Shown one piece after another: positions 9,483-19,243 of a DNA stretch of 64,000 nucleotides; position 1 is the stretch's first letter, and every line of letters starts with the position of its first letter. Made by a program: the position numbers and the translations under genes. The stretch is from an uncultured delta proteobacterium (GTDB lineage Bacteria; Desulfobacterota; Binatia; DP-6). A model generated the notes under the pieces. It saw only the letters and a program-made list of their open reading frames with translations. It had not been told where the DNA came from and ran no database searches. Location of the stretch: contig CAWFFN010000005.1 in assembly GCA_963815115.1 (NCBI GenBank), forward strand, positions 1,664,001 through 1,728,000, read 5' to 3'.

Positions 9483-12400
9483 TCAGGGGAGGCCGGCGCC
9501 GTGCTTGCCCTTCGGCTGCAGGCTCAGCCGACCCGCCGCGCACTGGCTCCCGGTGTCGATCGTGATCTCCACCGGCGACAGCAGTGGACTCCCGGGCTTC
9601 ATCCGCCCGAGGATCACCGTCGCCTTCGCCGGTCCCGTCCTGGGCACCACCAGGCGAACGCATTTGATGGGCGGGCAGAGCGTCATCCGCTGGTCGAAGA
9701 ATCCGTACGTCTGGTGGAAGAGCTTCTGCCACTGCTGCGTTCCGATGGTGCAGCAGACCTGCTCGCCCGAATCGGCGCGGATCTGCACGCGCACGTCCTG
9801 GGCGCGCGGGTCGACCCCGGCGAACGCGCCGGGGGCCAGCGTGGCCGTGGCGCGCAGCGTGGACTTCCCCGGGCGGAAGCGTGCCTGCGTGAAGGTGAGG
9901 GACTGGGCCGTGCAGCACGCCGGGTCCTCGGCGTCGACGAGCCCGTTCTGGTCGTCGTCGATGCAGTTGCCGCAGTCCTCCGGCGTCAGGCCCGGGGTTG
10001 CGACGGTCGCGGTGTCGTCGGAGGGATTCGGATCGGGCTCCGTGGCCGTCACGGTGGCCGTGTTGCTGAACGCGTTGTCGTTCGCGCGCGTTCCGACGAT
10101 GGCCACGGTCGCGGTGGCACCCGACGCGAGGTCGCCGAGGACGCACGTGACGACCTGCACGGCGGTGGTGCAGGTGCCCTGGCTCGGCGTCAACGTACCC
10201 GGGGTCACGGCAGAGGGCAGGGGATCGACCACGGTGACGTTCGTCGCCTTCGCCGGACCCGCGTTGGTGACCGTGAGCGTATAGCTGAGCGCCTCGCCGT
10301 TCCTCGGCTGCGCCGGGCTGACGCTCTTCGTGAGGTGGAGGTCGGCCTGCGCCGGAACGGTCGTCTGTGCCGTGGCGCCGTTGTTCGTCGCGACCGGGTC
10401 GGGCTGATCGCTCCTGACCGTCGCGGTGTCGACCAGCGCGCCGGACGCACTCGGCAGGACGCGCACGACGATGGTGGCCGTCAGCGTACCGCCGCTCGCG
10501 AGGCTGGCGACCGTGCAAGTGATCGGGTTGCCGCCGGTGCAGGCTCCGGCGCTCGCGGTGGCGGACACGAGCTGGACGCCGGCCGGTAGCGTGTCGGTGA
10601 GGAGCACGTTGCTCGCCGAGGCCGGGCCGTGGTTCACGACCCGCAGGGTGTAGGTGACCTGGGTACCGGATGCTGCGCTCGTGGGCGTGCCGGTCTTGCT
10701 GACCTCGAGATCGGCGTCGGTCGGTGGTGGAGGCGACACGAGCCCGACCTCCGTGGTGACGCTGCCGGTGTCGTCGGACGCATCGGGATCTGGAGTCGAG
10801 CTTGCCACCGTGGCGCTGTTCACGACCTCGGTGGCCTCGGGCAGCACGGTGTAGGTCGCGACGATGGTGCGCGAGCCGCTCGGCGCGATCGTCCCCAGCG
10901 CGCACGGGAACGCGGTCATGCAATCGCCGCCGTTGGACACGAAGGCGAGACCCGGCGGCGTCGGGTCGGTCACCACCACATCGGTCGCGGTCGACGCCCC
11001 CGCGTTGCTCACCACGATGGTGTAGGACACGCGCTCTCCGGGGAACGCGCTCGCCGGGCCGGCCTTCGTCACGCCGAGGTTCGCCGAGGATGTGAGATCC
11101 GTCGAGTCGGTGGCGTCGTCGCTCGTCGGGTCGGGATCGACGGTCCCGGTGGGCGCCCGCACGCTCGCGGTGTTCGTCACCGCGCCCGTGGCATCGGGCG
11201 GCACCGTGGCGGTCGCGATGAACGTGGCGCCGCCGCCGGCCGGCAGATCGACGGTCGTCGCGATGGCCCCCGTACCGCCGGGGGTGCCGCAGCTTCCGCC
11301 AGGAGTCGCGCTGCACGACCAGCTCGCGCCCGTCAGCGGCCCCGGGAAGGTGTCGCCGACTGGCGCCCCGGCGACGTCGCTGGGTCCGGCGTTCTGGACG
11401 GTGATGGTGTAGGTCAGCGGGGCGCCGGGAAGAGCCAGCGTCTGGCCGTCGGTCTTGGTGATGGAGAGGTCGGCGACCAGCGCCGTCGTGCCCGGTACGC
11501 TGCTCGCGTCGTTCGCCGGGTTGGGGTCGATCTCGTTCCCGGCGGTGCGGCTGGCGGTGTTCGTGAAGGAGCCCAGCCTGGTGACCCGTGCCGTGATGGA
11601 GAGGATGGCCGAGCGGGTGGCCGGGAGGTTGCCGACCGTCCACGTGCCGGAGTCCTCGTCGTAGGTGCCCTGCGACGCCGGGGCCGACACGACGGCAAAC
11701 CCGGGCGGCAGCAGGTCGGTGACCACGACGCCGGTGGCTGGGCTCGGCCCGTGGTTGGTCGCGGTGACCGTGAAGCTGACCTGGCCTCCGACCGCCGGCG
11801 AGGCGGTGCTGATCGTCTTGCCGACGTCGATGTCGGCGGTGGCGGCGGCGTTGAGCGACAGGCTCGCCTGGTCGTTGAGCGGGTTGGGGTCGATCTCGGT
11901 CTGGCCGGTCTTCCGCGCCACGTTGACCAGCGTGCCCGTCGTGTTGACCGACGCGACGACGGTCAAGGTGGCCGACGTCGAGGCGGTGAGGTCCCCCACC
12001 GTCCAGATGCCGCTGGCCGCGTCGTAGGTGCCCTGCGACGGAGCGGCCGATGTCAGCGCGAGGCCTGCCGGCAGCGCGTCCTGCACCTCGACGCCGGTGG
12101 CGTCGCTCGGCCCGCGGTTGGTCGCGGTCACGGTGAAGGTGACGCTCTCGCCGACCGAGGGTGTCGTCTTGTCGGCCGTCTTCTGGACGGCCACGTCGGC
12201 CGCGGCGGCGACGTTGATGGTGGCGGCACCCGACTCGTTGCCCGGGTTGGGGTCGGGCTCGTTGCCGCCCGTGCGAATGGCGAGGTTGGTGATGTCGCCG
12301 GGCTGCGTCACCTGCGCCTGGATCGTCAGCTCGACCGACTGGCCGGCGGCGAGGGCGGAGATCACCCACTCGCCGCTCGAGTCCGTGTAGGCGCCCTGCG

Positions 12401-15400
12401 TGGGCGACGCCGACACGAAGGACAGGCCGGCCGGCAGGAGGTCCGTGACGACGACTCCCGTCGCAGCGTTGGGGCCGTTGTTGCGCGCCTGGATCGTGAA
12501 GCTGACGGAGTCGCCAACCAGGATTCCGGTCGCGGGAGCGACGGACTTGGTCACCTCCACGTCGGCATTGGCGTCGACCGGCGTCTGTACGCTGGCGGAG
12601 TCGTTCCCCGGGACGGGGTCGGGTGTCTGGCTCGACACGCTCGCCGTCTGCACGATCGGGTTCGGCGTCTGGTAGCCCGGCGGCACGAGCAGGGTGGTGG
12701 TGATGGTCCGAGACGCTCGCGGGGCGAGCGTGGCCAGCGTGCACGGGAACGGCGTCGTGCAGTCGCCGCTGTTGGAGACGAAGGTCAGACCGCTCGGTGT
12801 CGAGTCGTTCACCACGACGTTGGTCGCGGTGGACGGCCCCTCGTTCGTCACGACGATGGTGTAGACGGCGGCGTTGCCCGGAACCACGGTCGGCGGTCCG
12901 GACTTCGTCAGGGCCAGATCCGCCTGCGGCGTCAGCTCATCGGTGTCGGTGGCGACGCCGGAGCCAGGATTGGCGAAGCCCGCAGGAGGCATCGCTTCGG
13001 CGGTATTGGTCAGCGTCCCCGTGGCATCCGCCGGGACGGTGCCCGTCAGCACGAACGTCGCGGCAGTGTTCGCGGGCAAGTTGACGGTCGTGTCGATCGA
13101 GCCCGCCCCGGTCGGCGTCGTGCAGCTCCCGCCGCCCGTCGCGCTGCACGTCCACGTCGCGCCGCTCAGCACCGTCACCTGATCCTGCACGCTGACACCG
13201 CTGGCATCGCTCGGGCCGCTGTTGGTGACGGTGATGGTGTACGTGGTCGGATTGCCCGGTACCACGCTGGCCGTCCCGTCGTCCTTCGTCACCGTCAGCG
13301 TGGCCTGCCGGTCGCTCAGGCTCGCGCTCGCGCTACCGGCGTTGTTCGCCGGAACCGGATCGGGCGTGGCGCTCGACGCCGTGGCCGTGTTCTCGATCGG
13401 ATCGGGGCCGGCGTAGTTGCCCGGGATGTGGAAGAGCGAGGTGATGGTGGCGCTCGCCCCCGGCGCGAGGGTGCCGAGGGTGCAGGGGAACACGGTCGTG
13501 CAGGCGTCGCCGTTCGAGGTGAACGTCAGCCCCGTCGGGGTCGGGTCGTCGACCACGACGCCGACGGCCGTCGAGGGACCGATATTGGTGACGACGGTCG
13601 TGAAGGTGATGTCGTCGCCGGCCGTCACCGAGCCCGAGCTCGCCGTCTTGCTCACCTGCACGTCCGCGGAGGGGGTGATGGCCGTCGTGTCGGTCGCCGT
13701 GTCGTCTCCGGGTGTCGGATCGGTGGTGCCGGCGGGCGGCGTGACGCTGGCGCTGTTGGCGAGGGCTCCGATGGCGTCCGGTGTCACCGTGACCGTGGCG
13801 GTGAAGATCGCGGCCGCGCCCGCCGGCAGGTCGACCGTGGTCGCGATGGGACCGTCGCCGCTCGCCGTCCCGCAGGCGCCCCCGTCGGTGGCGCTGCACG
13901 TCCAGGTGACGCCCGTCAGCACCACCGGGAACGTGTCGCTCACCGATGCGCCGGTCACGGTGCTGGGTCCGGCGTTGGCGACCGTGATCGTGTAGATCTC
14001 CATCGCGCCGGCAACCACGGTGTCGAGTCCGTCCGTCTTCGTCACGGACAGATCGGCCACGCGACCCGCCGTCGCCGTGACGCTCCCCGAGTCGTTGCCG
14101 GGGTTCGGATCTTCCTCGCTGGCCGAGGTCTTGATGGCGGTGTTGGTGAACGGGCCGGGCTGCGCGACCAGCGCCGTGATCGAGAGCACGGCCGACTGGG
14201 ACGCCGCGATGCTCCCCGCGGTCCAGGCGCCGCTCGCCGGGTCGTAGGTGCCCTGCGAAGGCGTGGCCGACACGAACGTCAGTTCCGCAGGCAGCTGGTC
14301 CGTGATCAGCACGCCCGTGGCGGGGCTCGGGCCGAGGTTGGTCGCCGTCACGGTGAACGTCACCTGCTGGTCGACCGCGGGCGTCGGGTTGCTGATCGCC
14401 TTGGTGACCCGGATGTCGGCCGTGGTGCCGGCGTTGAGCGAGACGCTGGACTCGTCGTTGGCCGGATTGGGATCGGCCTCGGTCTGCGTCTTGTTCGCCG
14501 TGTTGACGATCATCCCGGGCGTGTTCACGGAGGCGAGCACGGTGAGGGTGGCCGAACCCGGGAACGGAATCGCGCCGACCGTCCACGCCCCGGTGGCCGC
14601 GTCATAGGTCCCCTGCGACGGCGTGGAGGCGACCAGCGCGAGACCCGCCGGCAGCGCGTCGGTGACCGTGATCCCGCTCGCGTTGCTCGGTCCGTTGTTG
14701 GTCGCGGTCACGACGAAGGTCACGATCTGACCGACCGATGGCGTCGGGTTGTCCACCGCCTTCTGGATGGCGACGTCGGCCGCGGCAGCGGCGTTCAGCG
14801 TGGCGACCGCGGAATCGTTGCTGGTGTCGGGATCGGGTTCGTTCGCCGACGTCTTGGTGGCGGTATTGGTGATCGTCCCCGCCTGGGTGAGCACCGCCGT
14901 CATGGTCAGCGTCGCGTTGGCGCCGTTCTGGAGGTCGCCCACCTGCCACTGTCCCGAGGACGGGACGTACGATCCCTGCTGCGGCGAGGCCGAGACGAAG
15001 GTCATGCCGGCGGGGAGCACGTCGGTGATGACGACCCCGCTCGCCTGGTTCGGGCCGTTGTTGAGGACGCTGACGAACAGCGTCACCGTGTCGCCGACGA
15101 GCGCCGAGGTCGGCGCGACGCTCTTCAGGACCGCGACGTCGGCGTTCAGGTCGACCGGGGTCTGCGCGCTCGTGCTCCGGTTGCCCGGGTTCGGGTCCGT
15201 CGTGGTGTCGAACACGCTGGCCGTGTTCACGATCGGATTGGGCGAGGTGTAGCCGAGCGGGACCTCGAAGGTGGCGGTGATGGTACGGGTCTCTCCGGGT
15301 AGCAGCGTCCCGAACTCGCACGGGAATGCCGTGTTGCAGTCACCGGAGGTCGACACGAAGTTCAGCCCGGCCGGCGTCGGGTCGTTCACGGAGGCATCGC

Positions 15401-18254
15401 GGGCGGTGGACGGCCCCGCGTTGCGGACGACCAGCGTGTAGACGACGTTGGTGCCGGGGACGGCGGCGGTCAGCGGGCCCGTCTTGACGACAGAGAGGTC
15501 GGCCAGCCCATTCACCTGGTCGGTGTCGGTGTCAGCGACCTGGGAGGTTCCGCCCACTCCCGGCGGGTTCGCGGCGGTCGCCGTGTTGCTCACCGCCTCG
15601 CGGGCGTCGGCCGCGATCGTCGCGGTCAGCAGGAAGGTCGCGCTGGTCCCCACCGGCAGGTTCACCGTCGTGTCCAGGGCGCCGGAGCCGCTGCCCGCGG
15701 CGCAGCTTGCGCCTCCGCTTCCGCTGCACGTCCAGATGAAGCCACTCAGCTCGGGTGTCACCGGATCGGTCACGCGGACGCCGGTCACGGCGCTCGGCCC
15801 CGTGTTGCCGACCGTGATGGTGTAGGTCGTGGTGTTCCCCGGGACGGCGCTCGACGTGCCGTCGGTCTTCGTGATCGTCAGGTTGGCAACCGGCGCCGCG
15901 ACACTCACCGACGCCTGCGCCGCGTTGTTGCCCGTCGCCGGGTCGGGCGTGTCGCTCGTCACGCTCGCCAGGTTCACGATCGGATCGGGAGTCGTGTAGG
16001 TGCCGGGTACGGAGAACGTCGTCGTGACGGTCCGGGTGGCACCCGGCGCCAGGGTCCCCAGGGCACACGGGAACGCGGTCGTGCAGGCGCCGCTGTTGGA
16101 GACGAAGCCGAGGCCGGGGGGCGTGGGATCGGCGAGGACCACGTTGGTCGCGACCGACGGTCCGTCGTTGGTCACGGTGATCGTGAAGGTGACGTTCGTT
16201 CCCGCCACGGCGCGGTCGGGGCCGTCCTTCGCGACGGTCACGTCGGCCATGGCCGCCACCGGGCTGATGACCGCGGCCGGGAACGGCTGGAGCGACCCCG
16301 GCCCGTCCGCGTCGATCGTCGCGGTGTTCGTGATCGGCATCGTCGCGCTCGGGTCGACGACGACCTGGAACACCAGGCTCGCGGAGCGGCTGGCGGCGAT
16401 GACGCCTGGCGGATCGCCGGAATCGTTGATCAGCGCGCCCAGGGCGAAGGGCATCATGCCGCCGACGTCGGGGATGGCGACGGCGTTCAGGGTCGTGCTG
16501 CCCGGGATGTACGTCGTCCCCGCGGGGATGGGGTCGGTCAGCGTCACCCCGGTCGCTGCGGCGGTGCCGGTGTTCTGGATCGCCACCGCGTACTCGAGCG
16601 GCGCACCGGGCACGGCCGGTGTCGGCGATGCGGTCTTGGCGGCCTCGATGCGCGGCACCAGGGTCGTCACGGTGTTGGTCGTGAAGGTGCCGTTCTGCGT
16701 GGGCTGCCCCGCACAGCTCACGTACTGATACGTGAAGCTCGCCGTGGCGTCGTACTGCGCCGGCGCCGGGCTGGCGGGGATCGAGTTCACCCTCACCTGG
16801 AACTGCACCGTTTTCGAGCCGCCGCCGGCAACGGTGCCGAGGTTGACGCCAGCACCCGGGTTGGCGCCGGGCTGGACGACGCCGTCCACCTTGAAGCTCC
16901 CCGCAATGAACGTCGTGCCCGGGGGGGGCGGATCGGTGAACACGACGTTGGTCGCGTCGACGATCCCGGTGTTCGACACCGTCGTCGTGTAGGTGAGCGT
17001 GTCGCCCACGAAGGTCGTCGCCTTGTCGACCGACTTGGCTTGCGGGAACACCGGCGCGCCGACGTCGATCTGGAGCCCGAGGGCGGAGATCACGTAGGTG
17101 TCGCCGCTCGTCGTGCCCTGCGCGAACGCCTGGGTCTGCCCGTTCCTCAGCTGCGCCGAGACGTCGACGTTGGTGATGTCCCAGCCCTGACGGCCGCCCG
17201 AGGTGAGGCTGCTCGTGAAGGCGTTGGCGTTGCGGGTGCCGAAGGTGCCGCCGGTGTCGAGCGTACCGTCGTCGCGGTTCACCTGGGAGGCGAAGAAGTT
17301 GGTCTGCGGATTGTTCGGCCCCTTCAGCTGGTTCGTCGTCCCCAGCGGCGTCGCCGGGCCGAACAGCATCGTGTCGTTGGTCTTGTTGGCGTCGCCCTCC
17401 ATCGCGCTGACGGCGAGTCGACCGGAGAGCTTCCCCGCCGGCGGCGTGCAGAAGCCGCTCGTCGACGCCGCCGGTGCGCCGGACAGCTCCGAGCCGACGA
17501 AGAGCGCCAGGTTACGCACCGGCTTGGAGAAGTCCTGATAGACGACCGCGAGCGTCCAGCCCGCAGAGTTGTTGGTGTTGTCCGATGCGCCGACCGTCGC
17601 CGGCACGCCGCCGACCGTGTAGGTTCCGGTTCCGCCCGCCTGGATCAGCGAGGTGACGTTCGCCGTCCGGACGTAGAAGCAGTTGCTGGTGCAGCCAGCG
17701 CCCGTGTTCGGGCTGCCGAGCTGGCGCTGGAACGCCGGGTCCGGGGTGACGGTCGACGTCCCTGCCGGGGTCGTCAGCGTGATCGGGTTGTTGCGAGACC
17801 CGCTCACGTCCTGCCCGCCGAGGCCATAGCTGCCGCCCCACGTGAGCTCGGCGTAGAGCACCGTGCTGTTCGCGGGCAGGTTCAACGTGGCGCTCGAGGA
17901 GTTCTGCGCGAAGGCCAGGGTCGTGCCCGGGGGAAACGTCCCGACCTGGAGCGCCGTGTTGGTGGTGGTGAAGGCGCCGATCGCGTCCTGGGTGCCCGGC
18001 TGGTTCAGGTTCGACGCCTTGCTCAGGCCGAGGGTGTTGCCGGTGAAGCTGACGGCGCCGTTCGTGATGGTGCTGAAGCGCGTGACGTACTGCGCGTGGG
18101 CGGCCGTCGCGCCGAGCAGCATCACGATGATGGCCGAGGCCTCCAGCCAACGTGGGCGACCGGGACGCGCGATCTTGCCTACGGTACCCTCGGCCCGCGG
18201 TCGCATCGGCATCCTGCTCGTGCTCCTGACGGCCACCTCGGCCGGCTTGTCCAC
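9483..18254 (-). CDS. Giant secreted surface protein with ~19 DUF11 (conserved repeat) Ig-like domains and a Cys-rich C-terminal domain (true start may be somewhat downstream)
   Basis: Signal-like IIVMLLGATAAHA|Q; repeated ADLxxxK...YTITVxNxGPS...D.LP.G...PDP..NN; EDCGNCIDDDQNGLVDAEDPACC near the C-terminus. Confidence 0.9.
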   Translation of the reverse strand: MDKPAEVAVRSTSRMPMRPRAEGTVGKIARPGRPRWLEASAIIVMLLGATAAHAQYVTRFSTITNGAVSFTGNTLGLSKASNLNQPGTQDAIGAFTTTNTALQVGTFPPGTTLAFAQNSSSATLNLPANSTVLYAELTWGGSYGLGGQDVSGSRNNPITLTTPAGTSTVTPDPAFQRQLGSPNTGAGCTSNCFYVRTANVTSLIQAGGTGTYTVGGVPATVGASDNTNNSAGWTLAVVYQDFSKPVRNLALFVGSELSGAPAASTSGFCTPPAGKLSGRLAVSAMEGDANKTNDTMLFGPATPLGTTNQLKGPNNPQTNFFASQVNRDDGTLDTGGTFGTRNANAFTSSLTSGGRQGWDITNVDVSAQLRNGQTQAFAQGTTSGDTYVISALGLQIDVGAPVFPQAKSVDKATTFVGDTLTYTTTVSNTGIVDATNVVFTDPPPPGTTFIAGSFKVDGVVQPGANPGAGVNLGTVAGGGSKTVQFQVRVNSIPASPAPAQYDATASFTYQYVSCAGQPTQNGTFTTNTVTTLVPRIEAAKTASPTPAVPGAPLEYAVAIQNTGTAAATGVTLTDPIPAGTTYIPGSTTLNAVAIPDVGGMMPFALGALINDSGDPPGVIAASRSASLVFQVVVDPSATMPITNTATIDADGPGSLQPFPAAVISPVAAMADVTVAKDGPDRAVAGTNVTFTITVTNDGPSVATNVVLADPTPPGLGFVSNSGACTTAFPCALGTLAPGATRTVTTTFSVPGTYTTPDPIVNLASVTSDTPDPATGNNAAQASVSVAAPVANLTITKTDGTSSAVPGNTTTYTITVGNTGPSAVTGVRVTDPVTPELSGFIWTCSGSGGASCAAGSGSGALDTTVNLPVGTSATFLLTATIAADAREAVSNTATAANPPGVGGTSQVADTDTDQVNGLADLSVVKTGPLTAAVPGTNVVYTLVVRNAGPSTARDASVNDPTPAGLNFVSTSGDCNTAFPCEFGTLLPGETRTITATFEVPLGYTSPNPIVNTASVFDTTTDPNPGNRSTSAQTPVDLNADVAVLKSVAPTSALVGDTVTLFVSVLNNGPNQASGVVITDVLPAGMTFVSASPQQGSYVPSSGQWQVGDLQNGANATLTMTAVLTQAGTITNTATKTSANEPDPDTSNDSAVATLNAAAAADVAIQKAVDNPTPSVGQIVTFVVTATNNGPSNASGITVTDALPAGLALVASTPSQGTYDAATGAWTVGAIPFPGSATLTVLASVNTPGMIVNTANKTQTEADPNPANDESSVSLNAGTTADIRVTKAISNPTPAVDQQVTFTVTATNLGPSPATGVLITDQLPAELTFVSATPSQGTYDPASGAWTAGSIAASQSAVLSITALVAQPGPFTNTAIKTSASEEDPNPGNDSGSVTATAGRVADLSVTKTDGLDTVVAGAMEIYTITVANAGPSTVTGASVSDTFPVVLTGVTWTCSATDGGACGTASGDGPIATTVDLPAGAAAIFTATVTVTPDAIGALANSASVTPPAGTTDPTPGDDTATDTTAITPSADVQVSKTASSGSVTAGDDITFTTVVTNIGPSTAVGVVVDDPTPTGLTFTSNGDACTTVFPCTLGTLAPGASATITSLFHIPGNYAGPDPIENTATASSATPDPVPANNAGSASASLSDRQATLTVTKDDGTASVVPGNPTTYTITVTNSGPSDASGVSVQDQVTVLSGATWTCSATGGGSCTTPTGAGSIDTTVNLPANTAATFVLTGTVPADATGTLTNTAEAMPPAGFANPGSGVATDTDELTPQADLALTKSGPPTVVPGNAAVYTIVVTNEGPSTATNVVVNDSTPSGLTFVSNSGDCTTPFPCTLATLAPRASRTITTTLLVPPGYQTPNPIVQTASVSSQTPDPVPGNDSASVQTPVDANADVEVTKSVAPATGILVGDSVSFTIQARNNGPNAATGVVVTDLLPAGLSFVSASPTQGAYTDSSGEWVISALAAGQSVELTIQAQVTQPGDITNLAIRTGGNEPDPNPGNESGAATINVAAAADVAVQKTADKTTPSVGESVTFTVTATNRGPSDATGVEVQDALPAGLALTSAAPSQGTYDAASGIWTVGDLTASTSATLTVVASVNTTGTLVNVARKTGQTEIDPNPLNDQASLSLNAAATADIDVGKTISTASPAVGGQVSFTVTATNHGPSPATGVVVTDLLPPGFAVVSAPASQGTYDEDSGTWTVGNLPATRSAILSITARVTRLGSFTNTASRTAGNEIDPNPANDASSVPGTTALVADLSITKTDGQTLALPGAPLTYTITVQNAGPSDVAGAPVGDTFPGPLTGASWSCSATPGGSCGTPGGTGAIATTVDLPAGGGATFIATATVPPDATGAVTNTASVRAPTGTVDPDPTSDDATDSTDLTSSANLGVTKAGPASAFPGERVSYTIVVSNAGASTATDVVVTDPTPPGLAFVSNGGDCMTAFPCALGTIAPSGSRTIVATYTVLPEATEVVNSATVASSTPDPDASDDTGSVTTEVGLVSPPPPTDADLEVSKTGTPTSAASGTQVTYTLRVVNHGPASASNVLLTDTLPAGVQLVSATASAGACTGGNPITCTVASLASGGTLTATIVVRVLPSASGALVDTATVRSDQPDPVATNNGATAQTTVPAQADLHLTKSVSPAQPRNGEALSYTLTVTNAGPAKATNVTVVDPLPSAVTPGTLTPSQGTCTTAVQVVTCVLGDLASGATATVAIVGTRANDNAFSNTATVTATEPDPNPSDDTATVATPGLTPEDCGNCIDDDQNGLVDAEDPACCTAQSLTFTQARFRPGKSTLRATATLAPGAFAGVDPRAQDVRVQIRADSGEQVCCTIGTQQWQKLFHQTYGFFDQRMTLCPPIKCVRLVVPRTGPAKATVILGRMKPGSPLLSPVEITIDTGSQCAAGRLSLQPKGKHGAGLP

Positions 18255-18432
18255 TGAATCGACCTGCGCGCTCGTCTGTGCGCGGGACTATCGCCAATCG
18301 GAACGGATCGTGTCCAGAGGGTAGCGCGCGGGGCTGGCAGTGGGGTGCTTGGAATCGTTCCCCGCGACCTTCCGGGCCGCGCGCCAGCCTGCTGGCCTCC
18401 AGGCGCCATGGAGCTCGACGGCATCCATCCAG

Positions 18433-18468
18433 TGTCGCAGCTGTCGCACGAGTGTCGCACGTGTCGCA
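18433..18468. repeat. Four direct copies of TGTCGCA in the intergenic region
   Basis: Copies start at 18433, 18442, 18453, 18462. Confidence 0.6.
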
Positions 18469-18665
18469 TCGACGAGGGCTGATGGTCGACGTTCGAGGCC
18501 CCTCGCCGCGACGCGCGGAGCAGCAACGTGATGACAATCGCGGCTGCGGCCGCCGTGGTCGACCCGGCCGCGTGATCTCGCCTGGCGGGTGCTCGGTCTG
18601 CGGTGAGGACAGCCGCGCCCCGCGATCTTCCCGGTCGGGCGGTGCCCTGCTAGGCTCCGTGCGCC

Positions 18666-19226
18666 ATGGAACGCGACGGCCTCCAGATGGTGGCGGAGCT
18701 GTCACACCGGGAACTCGTCCGCATCGCCACGGCAAGGGGAAGCCTCATTGACGAGAGCGACAAGGTCGGTGCCTTGCGCGCCGCTGGCCGGCTCCTCGAC
18801 GACTTGGGAGCGCGGTGGGCGCTGATCGGGGGGGTGGCCGTCGGTATCCGGTCCGGCGTCCCACGGGCCACTCTGGACACCGATCTCGCGGTGGCGAGCG
18901 AGGTCGAGCGGGACGCCGTCGTACGCGCGCTCACGGTTGCCGGATTCTCGCTGCGCGGCGAGTTCGCCCATAGCGTGAATTTCCGCCACGCCAGCGGCGA
19001 GCCCGTCCGGATCGTGTTCGATCCACGGTTCGATCCCATGATCGAGCGAGCCGAAGAGATCCGGTTCGGTGACATCACGGTGCGAGTCGTCACGACGGCG
19101 GATCTGATCGAGATGAAGGACCGCGCCGCCGCGGATCCGGCACGGCGTCGGAGCAAGGCGCTCCGTGACGCTGCGGACGCCGCCCTCCTCCGTGGCGACG
19201 TGCCCGATCCCGATGAAGGCTGGTAG
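18666..19226 (+). CDS. Pol-beta superfamily nucleotidyltransferase (AbiEii/DUF6036-like)
   Basis: ALIGGVAV...PRATLDTDLAV, DLIEMK...R.KxxxD. Confidence 0.7.
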   Translation: MERDGLQMVAELSHRELVRIATARGSLIDESDKVGALRAAGRLLDDLGARWALIGGVAVGIRSGVPRATLDTDLAVASEVERDAVVRALTVAGFSLRGEFAHSVNFRHASGEPVRIVFDPRFDPMIERAEEIRFGDITVRVVTTADLIEMKDRAAADPARRRSKALRDAADAALLRGDVPDPDEGW

Positions 19227-19243
19227 GCCAGTCGTCCCGCCGG

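Noticed and set aside
8611-15302. Very long alternative ORFs (8611-12744 minus, 10629-15302 plus, and others)
   Set aside because: Arg/Gly/Pro-rich shadow frames of the GC-rich DUF11 gene; no motifs
18278-18297. GG-N10-GC on the minus strand upstream of the adhesin
   Set aside because: Poor match around both elements; expected by chance at this GC content
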